Of a stretch of 64,000 nt of DNA, positions 44,560-55,990 are shown in pieces. The DNA is from Camelus ferus (taxonomy: Eukaryota), in the NCBI RefSeq assembly GCF_009834535.1, contig NC_045697.1:70062001-70126000 (forward strand), written 5' to 3'. The notes under the pieces were generated by a model. That model saw nothing but the letters and a program-made list of their open reading frames with translations, had not been told where the DNA came from and did no database searches. The translations under genes and the position numbers were made by a program. The stretch's first letter is position 1, and each line of letters starts with the position of its first letter.

Positions 44560-45915
44560 TACCACTCCATCAAAACTGCTCTTGTAAGAGTTAGCAATGA
44601 GTCCTGGGATTTAGCTGCACATTGTTAAATACAAAGGCCAATTCTCTACCTTTTTTCAGCAGCCTTGGACACAGCTGATCATTCTTTCTTCCTTGATTAT
44701 AACTTCCTTCATTTGACTTCCAGGAAACTGCATGGTCTGGCATTCCTCCTACGTTCCTGATCCCTCCTTCTCAGTCTTTCATGATTGTTTCTTTTCTTTC
44801 TCAGTTCATGTTCTTTTCTTCTCCATATGTACATATTCACTTTGTGATTTCACCCAATACTATTCAGTACTTTCAGTACGATTTACATACCAATAATTTC
44901 CAAATACATTGCTCCATCCTGACCTCTCCTGTGAACTCAGATTCATGTCTCTGCTGGCGTATCTGATAGACATCTCAAATTTCATATGTCCCAAACAGAG
45001 CTCTTTATCTTAGTCCCAAATCTGTTTTACTTGCCGCCTTTCCCATTTCAGCTGATGGAAATGCCACCCTTCTAGATGCTCAGGACAAAATCCTTGGCAT
45101 CATCTCTGAATCCTCACGGCCAACCCGTCAGCAAATCCCTTCGGTTCCACCCTCCCCATAGATCCGGAACCCTACCTCTCTCACCATCCCCTGCTTCTCC
45201 CCCTGCTCTTAGCCTCCATCGTCTCCTTCCTGGGTTACTGAAGCAGACTCCTAGGCATTCATCCTGCTTCAACTTTTTCCCCTGCCATCCAGCCCCAGCA
45301 TAGCAGCCAGATTTTTCCTTTTTCAAGTGTTAAGTCAGAGCAGGGCATTCCTCTGTTCAAAACCCCTTCCCCACAGAATAAAATCCAGATTCCTAGTCAT
45401 ACCCAGACAGACCCTTTATGAGCTGATCCTCCTTCTTTCTCTGGCTTCATCTTTCTGTCCTGCTCACTCTCTGCTCCAGCCATAATGGTCTCTTTGCTGT
45501 TTTTAAAAACATGAGGTGCTTTCCACTTTGGTGGTTTGCGTTGGCTGTTCCCTCTGCCTGTAACACTCTTCTCCAATCATCCCGCCCCTTCTTCAAGTTT
45601 TGCTATAATGTCAATTTCTCAATGAGGTCCACCCTGGTCGCCCTATTTAAAATGTAAACCTGCTCCCAACTCCTCCACTCCTGATGGACTTTCAATGCAC
45701 AGATTGTGAAATAGTACTTACGACTTTCTAATAGACTGTAAAATTTACTTATTTATATTTGTTTCTTATGTTTTTCATTGTCTTCACTGCTAGAAAATGA
45801 ACTCAACGAGAACAGGGGTTTCCGCCTGTTTTGTTTACTCACATTTCCAAGCATCTAGGAGAGTGTCTGACAGGAAGCTGGTGTTCTGCACATATGTGTT
45901 AAGGAGATAAATGAT
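44560..45915 (+). mobile_element. L2 LINE fragment (3' part)
   Basis: ccatcaaaactgctcttgtaagag, cagcagccttggacacagctgatcattc, gacatctcaaatttcatatgtcccaaacagagctc, ending in an L2-type tail. Confidence 0.8.
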
Positions 45916-45954
45916 TTCCATCTTAAAGACATAAGTCTTTTTATTTTGTTTGCT

Positions 45955-46230
45955 TTTTATTGAAGTATAGTCGATTTACAGTGTTATGTTCATTTCTGGT
46001 GTACAACATAGTGATTCAGTTATAAATATATACGTATATTCCTTTTCATATTCTTTTCCACTATCGGCTATTGCAAGGTATTGAATATAGTTCCCTGTGC
46101 CATACAGTAGGACCTTGTTGTGTATCTACTTTATGTATAGTAGTTAGTATCTGCAAATCTCGAACTCCCAAGTTATTCCTCCCCAATCCCTTTCCCCGCT
46201 GGTAACCATAGGCTTGTTTTCTATGTCTGT
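45955..46230 (-). mobile_element. L1 3' end
   Basis: ttttattgaagtatagtcgatttacagtgtt...gaatatagttccctgtgccatacagtaggacc...ttgttttctatgtctgtga. Confidence 0.9.
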
Positions 46231-47463
46231 GAATAAGGCACGAGTCTTGATGCACTGCGGAGACAAGGCTTCTGTAGAAGGTCAGGAGGTGAAGCAAAAG
46301 TGAGTGGGATCCCAGCGTTCCAACTCAGGTGAGAGCTGAGAGGGATGGGCTAGGTGGCAGCAGCTGAGTAATCCCGTCTCTGGCCCAGTCGCCTTGTTTG
46401 AACGGAGCTGGCCTCACCATCAGTGATTGCTGTACAGTGTGTCCCCACGTACTCCTGGCCTGACTTTTAAATCTTGCTGGATAGGAGCTCTTCAAAGCCA
46501 GGCTTAAATGTTAATATCCATGTGAGGCCACAGTGCACTTCTGCCCGATTCCAGGCCATATGCATTACTACCTTGGCTTCTTTTCCCAGCATTTTGCCCA
46601 TCCATTTGTGTAACACTCGTTGCACTGTGTGAAAATTAGAATACATATCTTTACAGCATCATGAATTTGTGCGTCCCTGCCAGACTGAGGCCCCTGTGAG
46701 AACAGTAAATATGTTTTATTGACCTTTATCTTTGTAACTAAACTGAGATTAATGCCTGCCCATGGTAAATGATCAGGAAATAAATAACAATTATTTTTGA
46801 TCCAGCTCAATTAATTTCATTTTAAAGAGGGATAGCTTATTGTCTTAAACAGTATTAATTTAATCATGCAGTAAAAATAGATGCAAAATGATCCTTTCTT
46901 AGAGAAGTATTTTTTTTTTTTTACATTTTAAAAGTCATTTTTAAGTGAAAGAGGGAAGCCACAATTTCTGCAATTAAAGTTTTTTTTTGATCTAGGATAA
47001 CTCTAGCATATATTTAGTATTTCGGTTTGGGTTTTGCTTTTTATACCAGAAAAAAATCAGAATCTCAGGCAATTGCTTATTAAGTCCCAAGTTTCTGGCC
47101 TGGAGAGTTAAGCATGTCTTCAGCTCTAAAGAAGCAGATTAAATCAGTTGCCCTGTCAGCTTGGAGCACTTGGAAGCTGGCCAGAACTGCCTAAGACTGT
47201 TTTTTCCTTCTTATTCTCTTCCTTTCGGCCAGGCTCACTCAGGGAGTCCATTTGCAGAATTAAATGGAAATCAATCCCTTTTATGCAAACCTTCCTGAAG
47301 CAGCAGGGCTATATTTGGTCACAGGAGAGGAGGTTCATGCAGTGGAAGCCCAGGTGATGATTTCTCCCCACCCAGGGCTCGCCAAGGTCCACTCTACCAC
47401 GTAGCAATGAAAGGGAGGATCAAGCAACTCTCTCAAAGCCAAGCTCCAGCAGACTGGACTTTT

Positions 47464-47473
47464 CTAAAAATAG
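47464..47473 (+). promoter_or_regulatory. Consensus MEF2 site
   Basis: CTAAAAATAG, with a CArG/MEF2-like CTATATTTGG nearby at 47309-47318. Confidence 0.4.
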
Positions 47474-48814
47474 TGCACTTCAGTAAACACCACTGTGAAT
47501 TTGCAGTGTGTTTGCGGGGAATATGTGGCCACCTTCATCAAAATTTTATGTGTGCAGGTATGTATTTAGATCTTATTGGACTCTCTTTTATCAACTAAAA
47601 TACTAAACAAATTCTCTTTCTATTTTAAAATTAGACAGTTGATCAGTTTCTGTTCAGTGCTTTAGATAAATTAACGTGGGGAAAGGGCTCTGAATGAGGG
47701 AAAGTTGAATGAATGAAGTTTAGCCACAAACAAACTTGAGGTCTCTGAAATCCCTGAAAATACCACCGTCGGCTATGACACTTCCACCAGTCAAATAAGG
47801 ACAAGGTCGATCAAATCAAGACATTGCACTACTCTAGTTAAAGTCTCCTGAGCAGCGTCTCTGATATAATTATAAAAATGTGTTCTGCTTTATTGTCTGA
47901 AGCCCCTGATGGTGATGGTGCTGTCCTTATTTTGGGTTTCTGTTCACCTTTGATCCTGGTGGAAATTAACATCTTTGTTTTGCAGCCAGCACCTGATCCT
48001 TGGGTTTCAGTTCACCCTCACCTAAAAAAAGATCAGCAGAGAAAGCACACCTAGTATGCAGAGCTCAACAATGGTTTAGGACAGGAACCAAGAACGAGAT
48101 GTTCAGTGGGAGCCTTGGGGATCACTTCCAGAGGATGTGAAGGTTCAAAGTGACTTTGGCCCACAAAGCCCCAAGCAGGTGGGAGACACCTGGAAATCTG
48201 GATGACTGCATGTGGGCTGAACCCACCTCTGTAGCACATCTGGGAGGTGACACTTTCTGATATCAGCTGCCTTCACCATTGGGCTCATCTTCTTCAGTTT
48301 TTGCGTAGAAGGAAGTTCAGAACCCCAGTGATTCATGATCCCCTCCATGGATGGTTCTTAATGCCTGTGATTTTAGGGCAAGGTTTTCCATTATTCTACG
48401 CCAATTTCTACTTCATTCATTTATCAAGTCAACCCAACAAATTAGGGTGCCAATTTTAGAAAACAAATCTTTCAGCCTTGAACCAGACAGAAAAAGAGAT
48501 AAAATATTTTACAATGCTAGCTAAATATGAGATGCAAATTCTAATAGACAAGACAAAAGAGGGAAAGTTAAGAATTTTTTTTTTGTATTTTTCTTTTTCC
48601 CTTTTTGTGCCTACCATCCTTTATGTGCTTCAATGACTCTTCAAAATGAGGGTAAACTAGGGACTTAACACATTTCCAAGAGGAAAGCCCCACTCTAGGA
48701 GAATCCAAAATAACATCCCAAAAATGACTTACAAAATACACATTAGGCATGGTTTTCTTCTTTACAAAAACCTCAGTAGGTTGCTTTATATCAGAATTAT
48801 GCAGAATTACAGAC

Positions 48815-49015
48815 AGCTGTGGAGTAGTGGAAACAATCAGATCTCAATTAACGTCCCAGCTATACCATTTATTAGTTTTGTGATCTTGAGCACTTAAGTC
48901 AGTTAACATTTTTGAGCTTCTGTTTTCTCCTCTATAAAATGGAAATAAAACACCTACTTCACAGACTTGTTAGGATCAAATGAGCTAACTGGTGTAGAAA
49001 GCACTTGGTTAACAT
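48815..49015 (+). mobile_element. MIR SINE relic
   Basis: gtcccagctataccatttattagttttgtgatcttgagc...ctgttttctcctctataaaatggaaataa...aggatcaaatgagctaa. Confidence 0.7.
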
Positions 49016-50386
49016 GATTCATTTATATGTGAGTTCAGTGACCTTTCAGAGAGCATGTACTAGGTGCCAGGCACTGTTAGGCACTGATTTTATGACTGAC
49101 ACAGCGTGTGGCACTTTCCTCTGCAATTTTCATCTCTTAGGGCTTCCAGCTTGGTTTGTATGTAGTCTACTCCCAACTTCCCAGAAATATGTCAACTGTG
49201 GACAGTGAAACACAATTACACTTACTCATTTACTTCTTTGTCCATTTCATACGCACCATGAATCATGAGCAGGAGGCCTGCTACTGGAAGACTTACCTTC
49301 CTTATTGGCTATTGTGAAACAAGGGAAAGTGAGGGAACCTCAGCCTTTTCCCAAACACACAGTGGAAAGGAAACGCCTCTTGGTGTGTGGGTGCAGATGC
49401 TGCCGAGGGGCTTGCCATTGCACATACTTTTCCAAGTTCCTCTGCTGTCCACACCCTGGGCCCCTGAACTGGGCACCAAGGCAAGGCATCCTTGGTGGGG
49501 CTGGATTCCACATTCTGGAGCCACGCTGCATTGTTGGAAGTTCTGCCTCAGTCCGTTCGGATGCCAAATGCTTTATACGACCCCAACCACCCAAGAGCCT
49601 GCTGCCATCTGCCCTCCTCTCCTCTCTCAGCTCCAATTGAAGCAAGGATGGTTTCAGTCTTGCATTATATGCTGAAAGTAACCATTAGTAATCTTGCCTC
49701 ACCCTCACCTCTTCTATTTAGTAGGGCTCATATACCTCACAGAACATTTCTCAAGAAGCTTTGTAGACCATCTCTAGAAGCGTTTGTTCATGCAACCATA
49801 GGGAGCAGGATGGTAGCATGGCACAACTTGAAGGCGCTTTAAACACACTGCGGTCTACGTCAGCAGCATCTTCTGGAATTGTGCAGTACACAGCCTGTCC
49901 AGCCAGATGTGGTGGCCCCTAGAGGGAAACTGGAAGCTTGGGAATGGTCCCCGAAATTGAATCTGAAGCTTGATCATATGTGACATCCACACTGTTGCAT
50001 GCCCCTGAAAATGATTTTGGCCACTTTAATTCAGCTTTCTAGTCAGCAGTTGGAAAGTGTTCTAAGTACAGGCAAGCTTAATGCCTTGGAATCTAGCTCC
50101 TCCCCTCTATCCAAATTGTCACCACCCTAGTGCAGGTCTCTATCATCTTTCCCCTGAATTCCTGTAGCCACCATCCTCTGGTTTCCCTGCCTTCTGTCCC
50201 ACCTCCCACCACCGTCCATTTGCTGGTGTCGACAGGGTGATCCATCTCAGTCACAGATCCACTCATGTCACGCCCCTGCCTGCAAGTCTTTAATTCCATT
50301 CCATCACCTCCAGGATGAAATCCAGACTCCTTAGCATGGACACAGGGCCTTTCATGATTTTGGCTCCTGCTCTGGTCTTCTGCTTC

Positions 50387-50681
50387 TTTTTTGGTAGGTT
50401 CTAGTCTTTTTTTAAGTTCTATTTTTTGTTTTCTTTTTTAAGTTTATTTGGGGGTGGGGGTAATTAGGTTTGTTTATTTATTTTTTTAGAGGCAGTACTG
50501 GGGATTGAACCCAAGACCTCATGCATACTAAGCATGCGCTCTACCATTTGAGCTATAACCTCCCCCAGTTCTAGTCTTTTTTAAATTGATGGTTGTTCAA
50601 CTATTTAGAAGTTGTGGTTTTGTTGTGATCCCGAGAGGGGGCAAGTTCATGGTCCTGCTACTCTGCCATCTTGAACAGAAA
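50387..50681 (-). mobile_element. Short LINE 5'-terminus-like insertion with its own TSD, interrupted by a SINE
   Basis: The minus strand starts ttctgttcaagatggcagagtagcaggac and ends ctaccaaaaaa. TSD ctggtc(t/c)tctgcttc at 50372-50386 and 50682-50696. Confidence 0.7.
50413..50567 (-). mobile_element. Vic-1-like tRNA-derived SINE nested in the element above
   Basis: Reverse complement gggggaggttatagctcaaatggtagagcgcatgcttagtatgcatgagg. TSD GTTCTAGTCTTTTTT at 50398-50412 and 50568-50582. Confidence 0.92.
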
Positions 50682-51989
50682 CTGGTCCTCTGCTTCCGCA
50701 CTGCACTGGCCCAAGTCAGGTCTGGGCCTTTGTGTCTAATATTTGCTCTTGCCAGCTCAGATGTTGACGACAAAAGCAGAGACCAAGTATTTAACATTGA
50801 AAGTACCTCTTCAGCCCACCAAGTGTGGAAAAGTAACAGTCTCAAAGAAAGGTCAGGAAGGAGTCATGGCTGGCCCTCCACATGCTGATTCACAGGGGTT
50901 AGATGCTGGTGGCAAGTTCAGACAGCTCTGCAGAGAGTGAGCCCACGCTGGGCCTGCATCACTCCACTCCCTCCTGGCCTCTGGGCTGCCGCGCAAATAA
51001 GCAGATGGCAGAAGGCCCCATGAGGGGCAGCCTCAAGTTGCCTGGGAAACAAAAGTCAGAAAATGTAGCAGACGATGTTGAAGCCCAGGAAGCAGAAAAG
51101 CTGAGTTCTAGGTCATAATACCTTTAGATCTCAGTTTATCATTTTATTATAAAAGGACTTGCTCTGGCTGAGGTTTTCATATTGTGCTTCACACAACCCT
51201 AGAGGTTCCAGAGGTTTTTCAAGGGCCACCTTGGGGGAAGAGAAGGGATTTAAAGGGGATGAAAGCAGCTCCCCCAGAACAACCACACTCTTGTTAGATG
51301 CTCCGTTCTTCTGTGTAAGATTGCATCTGAAGAGAGGGTTTTACGCTGCTTAAAATGCACTGGAAAACTCTGAAAGAGATGAATAAACAGCAGACATTCC
51401 ATGAACTGACCTAGGCTGCATCTTCTCCCAGAGTTAAGGAAGACCGGTGACCGATGCCATCAGGGGGAGCTGGGCACTGCTGGTGACCGCTCCCCCAGCC
51501 ACCTGCCCCCTCTGCTCCCTCCAGCTGGGCTGCTTACCATCCAAGGATCAGTTGGACTTTGTCCCCAAACCAGTCAATGCCAGTTGTACTTATTATTTGG
51601 ATTGTATTCTTTTAATTATATACTACATAAGCCAGTGAAATTAGTGAAATGAGAGTTCTTTTTTTTCTATGAAAAATAAGAGAATACCTTGGAAAGACAT
51701 TGCTATGGAATGATACATGGTCAAGTTAACTTTAGATGGTAAACACCTAGATGGAATCTGCACTCAGATTGTTTTACAAGTATCTTGGTGTTCTAATTCC
51801 ACTTTAAAGAAATCCCAGCCTGGAAATTGTGCACAGTGCATCAGAAAGTTGGGATCGCCTAGAAGAGGTAAAAACACAGCTCCAAGCAGTGTGTCCACAC
51901 TCAAATCAACCCTTGGCCCTGCATTAGATATTGGAAAATAAATAGACATCTATATTTTAAGGTAACATATTTAAATATATATTTAATAT

Positions 51990-52218
51990 ATTTTTTAATG
52001 GAAATGGTGTTGATTTATAATGTGTTAGCTTCTGGTGTACAGCGTAGTGATTCAATTATACATTTATATGTATTCTTTTTCAGATTCTTTCTCATTATAT
52101 GCAATTACAAGATACTGAGTAGAGTTCCCTGTGCTACACTGTAGGACTTTGTTATCTATTTTATATATAGTAGTTTTGATCTGCAAACCTCAAACTTCTA
52201 ATTTATCCTTCCTCCCCC
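51990..52218 (-). mobile_element. L1 3' end
   Basis: ttgatttataatgtgttagcttctggtgtacagcgtagtgattc...agttccctgtgctacactgtaggac. Confidence 0.85.
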
Positions 52219-54653
52219 AAAATATATATACTTTTCATTCCCCATTTTGATTTTTTTCAATTAGCTGCTAGTCCAACTATCTATATGTGTATATATGTGT
52301 GTCTATCTAGAGACAGACCAGAAAATCTTTCTGCGAGAACAAACACACAAACACAAAAACAAACCCAGAGCAACGGCCCAGGATCTGAGGTTCTGTTGGC
52401 ATTTTTTTTTTCCCAAACAGAGAAGACACTTCTATTGAAGTGGACCCCGCCTGGCCTTGCATTTGTGCAGCTGTCAGGCTCCGTGGCCACTATAACACAG
52501 ACAACATGGTCGTTTCCAACTACAACAGGTGTCCCTGAGTTTTAGTCTTTCTTAAATTTCAGCAGAGACTGCACTATGATCATGGAAAAAAAAAAGTTGG
52601 ACGAGAAGAAGAAAGATAGTTGAGGGTGTGGAGTGAATGGTGTGCCCTGGAGAGTCTCTCTAATTGGTCAGGACATTTGTGGGCCAGAGGGCTCTGCTTG
52701 GCAAGCTCAATATTCCTATTACAAAGATTTACAGATTCTGCTTTCAGCTGTGATCAGTCACTGAATGACTTCTCTTGCTTGGGTAGTGACAGCTCACCGA
52801 CCATACAAAGCCATCTTTGCCCAGTGATGGTTGTAACTGTTTACAGCAAAATCAGCATTGCTAGAGGTCAATGGAAATGGACCAACTGGGTGAGTATTAA
52901 CCTAAAAAGAGTAATGCACTAGAGCAAGGAAGATGCCCTACCTTTGTTGGTGGAGGTACCGTCATTCTGAAATCTGAGTGTGGATCCCAGTTGTATAAAG
53001 CAGTTTTTTTTAAAGATTAATAATTTATTTTATTAGGAGTCTCTATGAGCTATAATTAAAGTATAACCTCTAGTCAACCAATCAAGAGCTTAGTGACTTA
53101 AATTATAGTTAAGGCAAGAGTGGCATCTTGGCACCTGTAGAATTCCACCTGGGAAAGCAGCCTAGGTCTTAGAAACCTCCAAAAAGCAAACATCTACAAT
53201 GAATCGCTCTCTGAGCTCCTCAGCCCCACTGTCCTGTGATTGCTGTTATCTCAGTCCAGACATATTTCACGCATGTTAAAATACTTTTTCTTTTTATAAC
53301 ACAGTTAAAATCACATTTTAATACTTTTCTGCAACTTGCTTTATGCATCTTATTTTTTAAGCTATACCATGGTGTAGAGCTCAATGTATTTACCAAAGAT
53401 TATCTGGCTAGCTAGCTCATGTCACTTAGAGAGGGAATATGGACATAGTGGAAAAAAACCATTAAAACAATAAAGAAGGGAGAAGGATATAACCTTTAAA
53501 AGAACTGTTGACAACCTGGGAGACATAAGAGCTAGACTGCTGAGGTGGGGAAGGGCTGACATCTGAGGGTTAGATCTGTATTTTGAGAGCAGAAACAGGC
53601 CTGTTGTGATGAGTCTTACTGTCTTCTGTGAAATTCAGGGCTAGCCTGAGTCTCAGTGAGAATTTGCTGATTTTCCAGGGAGCAATGTGGAGAACAGAAC
53701 TTGAGTAATGTCAGCAAATGTCCTCCAACATTGTCACTATCCCTAACTGATCTCTGCTAGTTTACAGCACCTCAACTAAGGTACTAATTAAGTAGGAGTC
53801 AGAGTTTTGGAAAGCCACCCTTTCTGGTGGAGTGGGAGTCAAGCAATTATGAGGACATTTTATTCCCTCAGCTAATATTTTTCCTTTTATCCAAGACTGT
53901 GCTTACTCTGGGGAGAAGCTGAGTGAGTTTAATGGAGTTCTCTAAATTAAAAGAGCCAACTGGAGCACAGTTCTTAATGGGATGAAAAGCCGTGGTCTAC
54001 AGCTTCCATCAGTAGGGATGGAGTCATGGAGTTCTACAAGAAGGGCGTTGGCTTAGGGTCAGACCATGTGCTTGGCTTCAAATCGAGGGTCTACTATATA
54101 CTAGCATGTGACCTAGACATGACTCAATCCTTCAAGCCTCTATTTACTCAAGTGTAAGAAGTGGTATATTAATCCATCCATTACAGGACTATCAGGAGAA
54201 GTAACTAAGATAATGAATGTTCTCCTGGCCAGGTCCCTATGCAAACTGTGTCAGGCGCTGTGCTAGATTTCCAGAGATTGGACACATGCTAAGCACGTGG
54301 TAACCAATCATTAAAGACTTGTTGAGTGGATATGATCTCATAAAGCCATAGGGAGACTCAAAAATAAACAAAACAAACAAACACAGTTGCTGAAAGGGCT
54401 TTGGAACCGTGCTATGAGATAGTAGATTAAGTAACTCTTTCCACATAAGCTCCACAGTCCTTCTTCCCCAGAAACAGAAGAAGAGAGAAGTAGGGAGAAG
54501 AAAAATAAGACGTTTCTTGAGACTAAAAAAAGATTCATAGAACTGATGTATGCAGTATGTCCACTGCAGCATGACTACAATGAAAAATTCTGTTATAAAG
54601 GGTCACGGTTTAAACCCTTGCCCTATTCACTTCTAGAATGCAGATATTTAGGA

Positions 54654-54879
54654 CAATGTATCTCAGCCTCAGCACTATTGACATTTGGGGACAGATGATG
54701 CTTTACTAGGGGTGGGGGTGGGGGCTGTCCCATGCATTTTAGTGTGTTTCACAGCATCCCAGGCCTCTGCCCACTAAATGCCAGTAGCACCCTCTGCCAA
54801 GGTGTGAGAACTCAAAATATGTGTAGGCAATGCGAAATATCCCATGGGGAATAAAATTGCTCCCGGGTGAGAACCACTC
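54654..54879. mobile_element. MER20 DNA transposon relic
   Basis: ctcagcctcagcactattgacatttgggg...gcatcccaggcctctgcccactaaatgccagtagcacc...ggtgagaaccact. Confidence 0.85.
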
Positions 54880-55177
54880 CACTCAGGTCTATTTGACAAA
54901 GAGCTTAAGAAAAAAATCTATCCCCAAGGAAGAGACTCCGAATCCAGACTTAGCCCGCTCTCAGGACCTGTGTGGGGACACTTCTGTGTGCAGATGCTTC
55001 TGCCTCCCAGATTGCACCTCCTGCCCAGCTGCATATTTGTGAACAAAGAAGAAAAGGACGACAAAAACTGGAAAGATCTGCTTTCACTGAATTCTCTCAT
55101 CTTTGCCCACAATAGCTCCCTCTTGCTAACGCTACTGTAGCCACCCTGCCCCTTTGATATTCCTCAAACAGGCTGCA

Positions 55178-55524
55178 TTTTTTAATTGAAGTATAGTTGA
55201 TTTACAATGCCGTGTTAGTTTCTGGTGCACAGCGTAGTGACAGTCTTACATACATATACTCTTTTTCATTGTAGGTTATTACAGGCCCCTGTGCTATACA
55301 GTAGGACCTTTTTATTTATCTATTTTGTAGATAGTAGTTTGCTAACCTCAGACTCCTAATTTATCCCTCCCTGCTGCTTTCCCTTTTGGTAACCATAAGG
55401 TTGTTTTCTATGTCTGTGAGTCTGTTTCTGGTTTGTAAATACTGTCTTTTTTTTTTTTTTTAAAGATTTCACAAAAGACAGAGAAAGACAAATATCATAT
55501 GATAGCACTTACTTGTGGAATCAA
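55178..55524 (-). mobile_element. L1 3' end with a 5' inversion
   Basis: A minus-strand L1 tail (55178-55473) abuts a plus-strand piece of the adjacent upstream L1 sequence (55474-55524, agacagagaaagacaaatatcatatgatagcacttacttgtggaatc). Confidence 0.8.
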
Positions 55525-55553
55525 ACTTACTCTATTAATCGTGTCTTTTATTC

Positions 55554-55990
55554 TGTACTTTGGATGTTTTGGCATTTTGGGGCTCGCTCACCCTGGAGGA
55601 ACTCCTGTCCCAGGGCGAGGCAAATTCTAGAGACAGCAAAAAGCCTGCCTGTGAGTACACCTTTCATATGCATATCACTAACCACCTCCTTGCACACTCA
55701 GGGGCACTATTTCCCTGCTCTAAACACCCCAGGACCATGTACCAGATGAGTACCGACAGCCTTTATTCCTCTAAGGCCTGCGGAAACTATTCAGACTGGC
55801 CAGTTCTATGCCATGTACCCTTCCTTCCCACAGAAACCATGACAAAGGCTCTTGCCCACGTTTCTCCCTCGCTCCCTCAGCCTCTGACCCTCATCCTTCC
55901 TCTTGGTAACTGTGAATATAACAAATGATCTTTTTAATGGCGATTGTCTCCTGACGTGTTGGCCCCTCCATACCTGGAAAATAACGAAAC
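55554..55990 (+). mobile_element. ERV1-class solo LTR (MER34/MER39-like)
   Basis: ttttggcattttgggg...caaattctagagacagcaaa...acacctttcatatgca...aaaggctcttgcccacgtttctccctcgctccctc. Confidence 0.65.
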
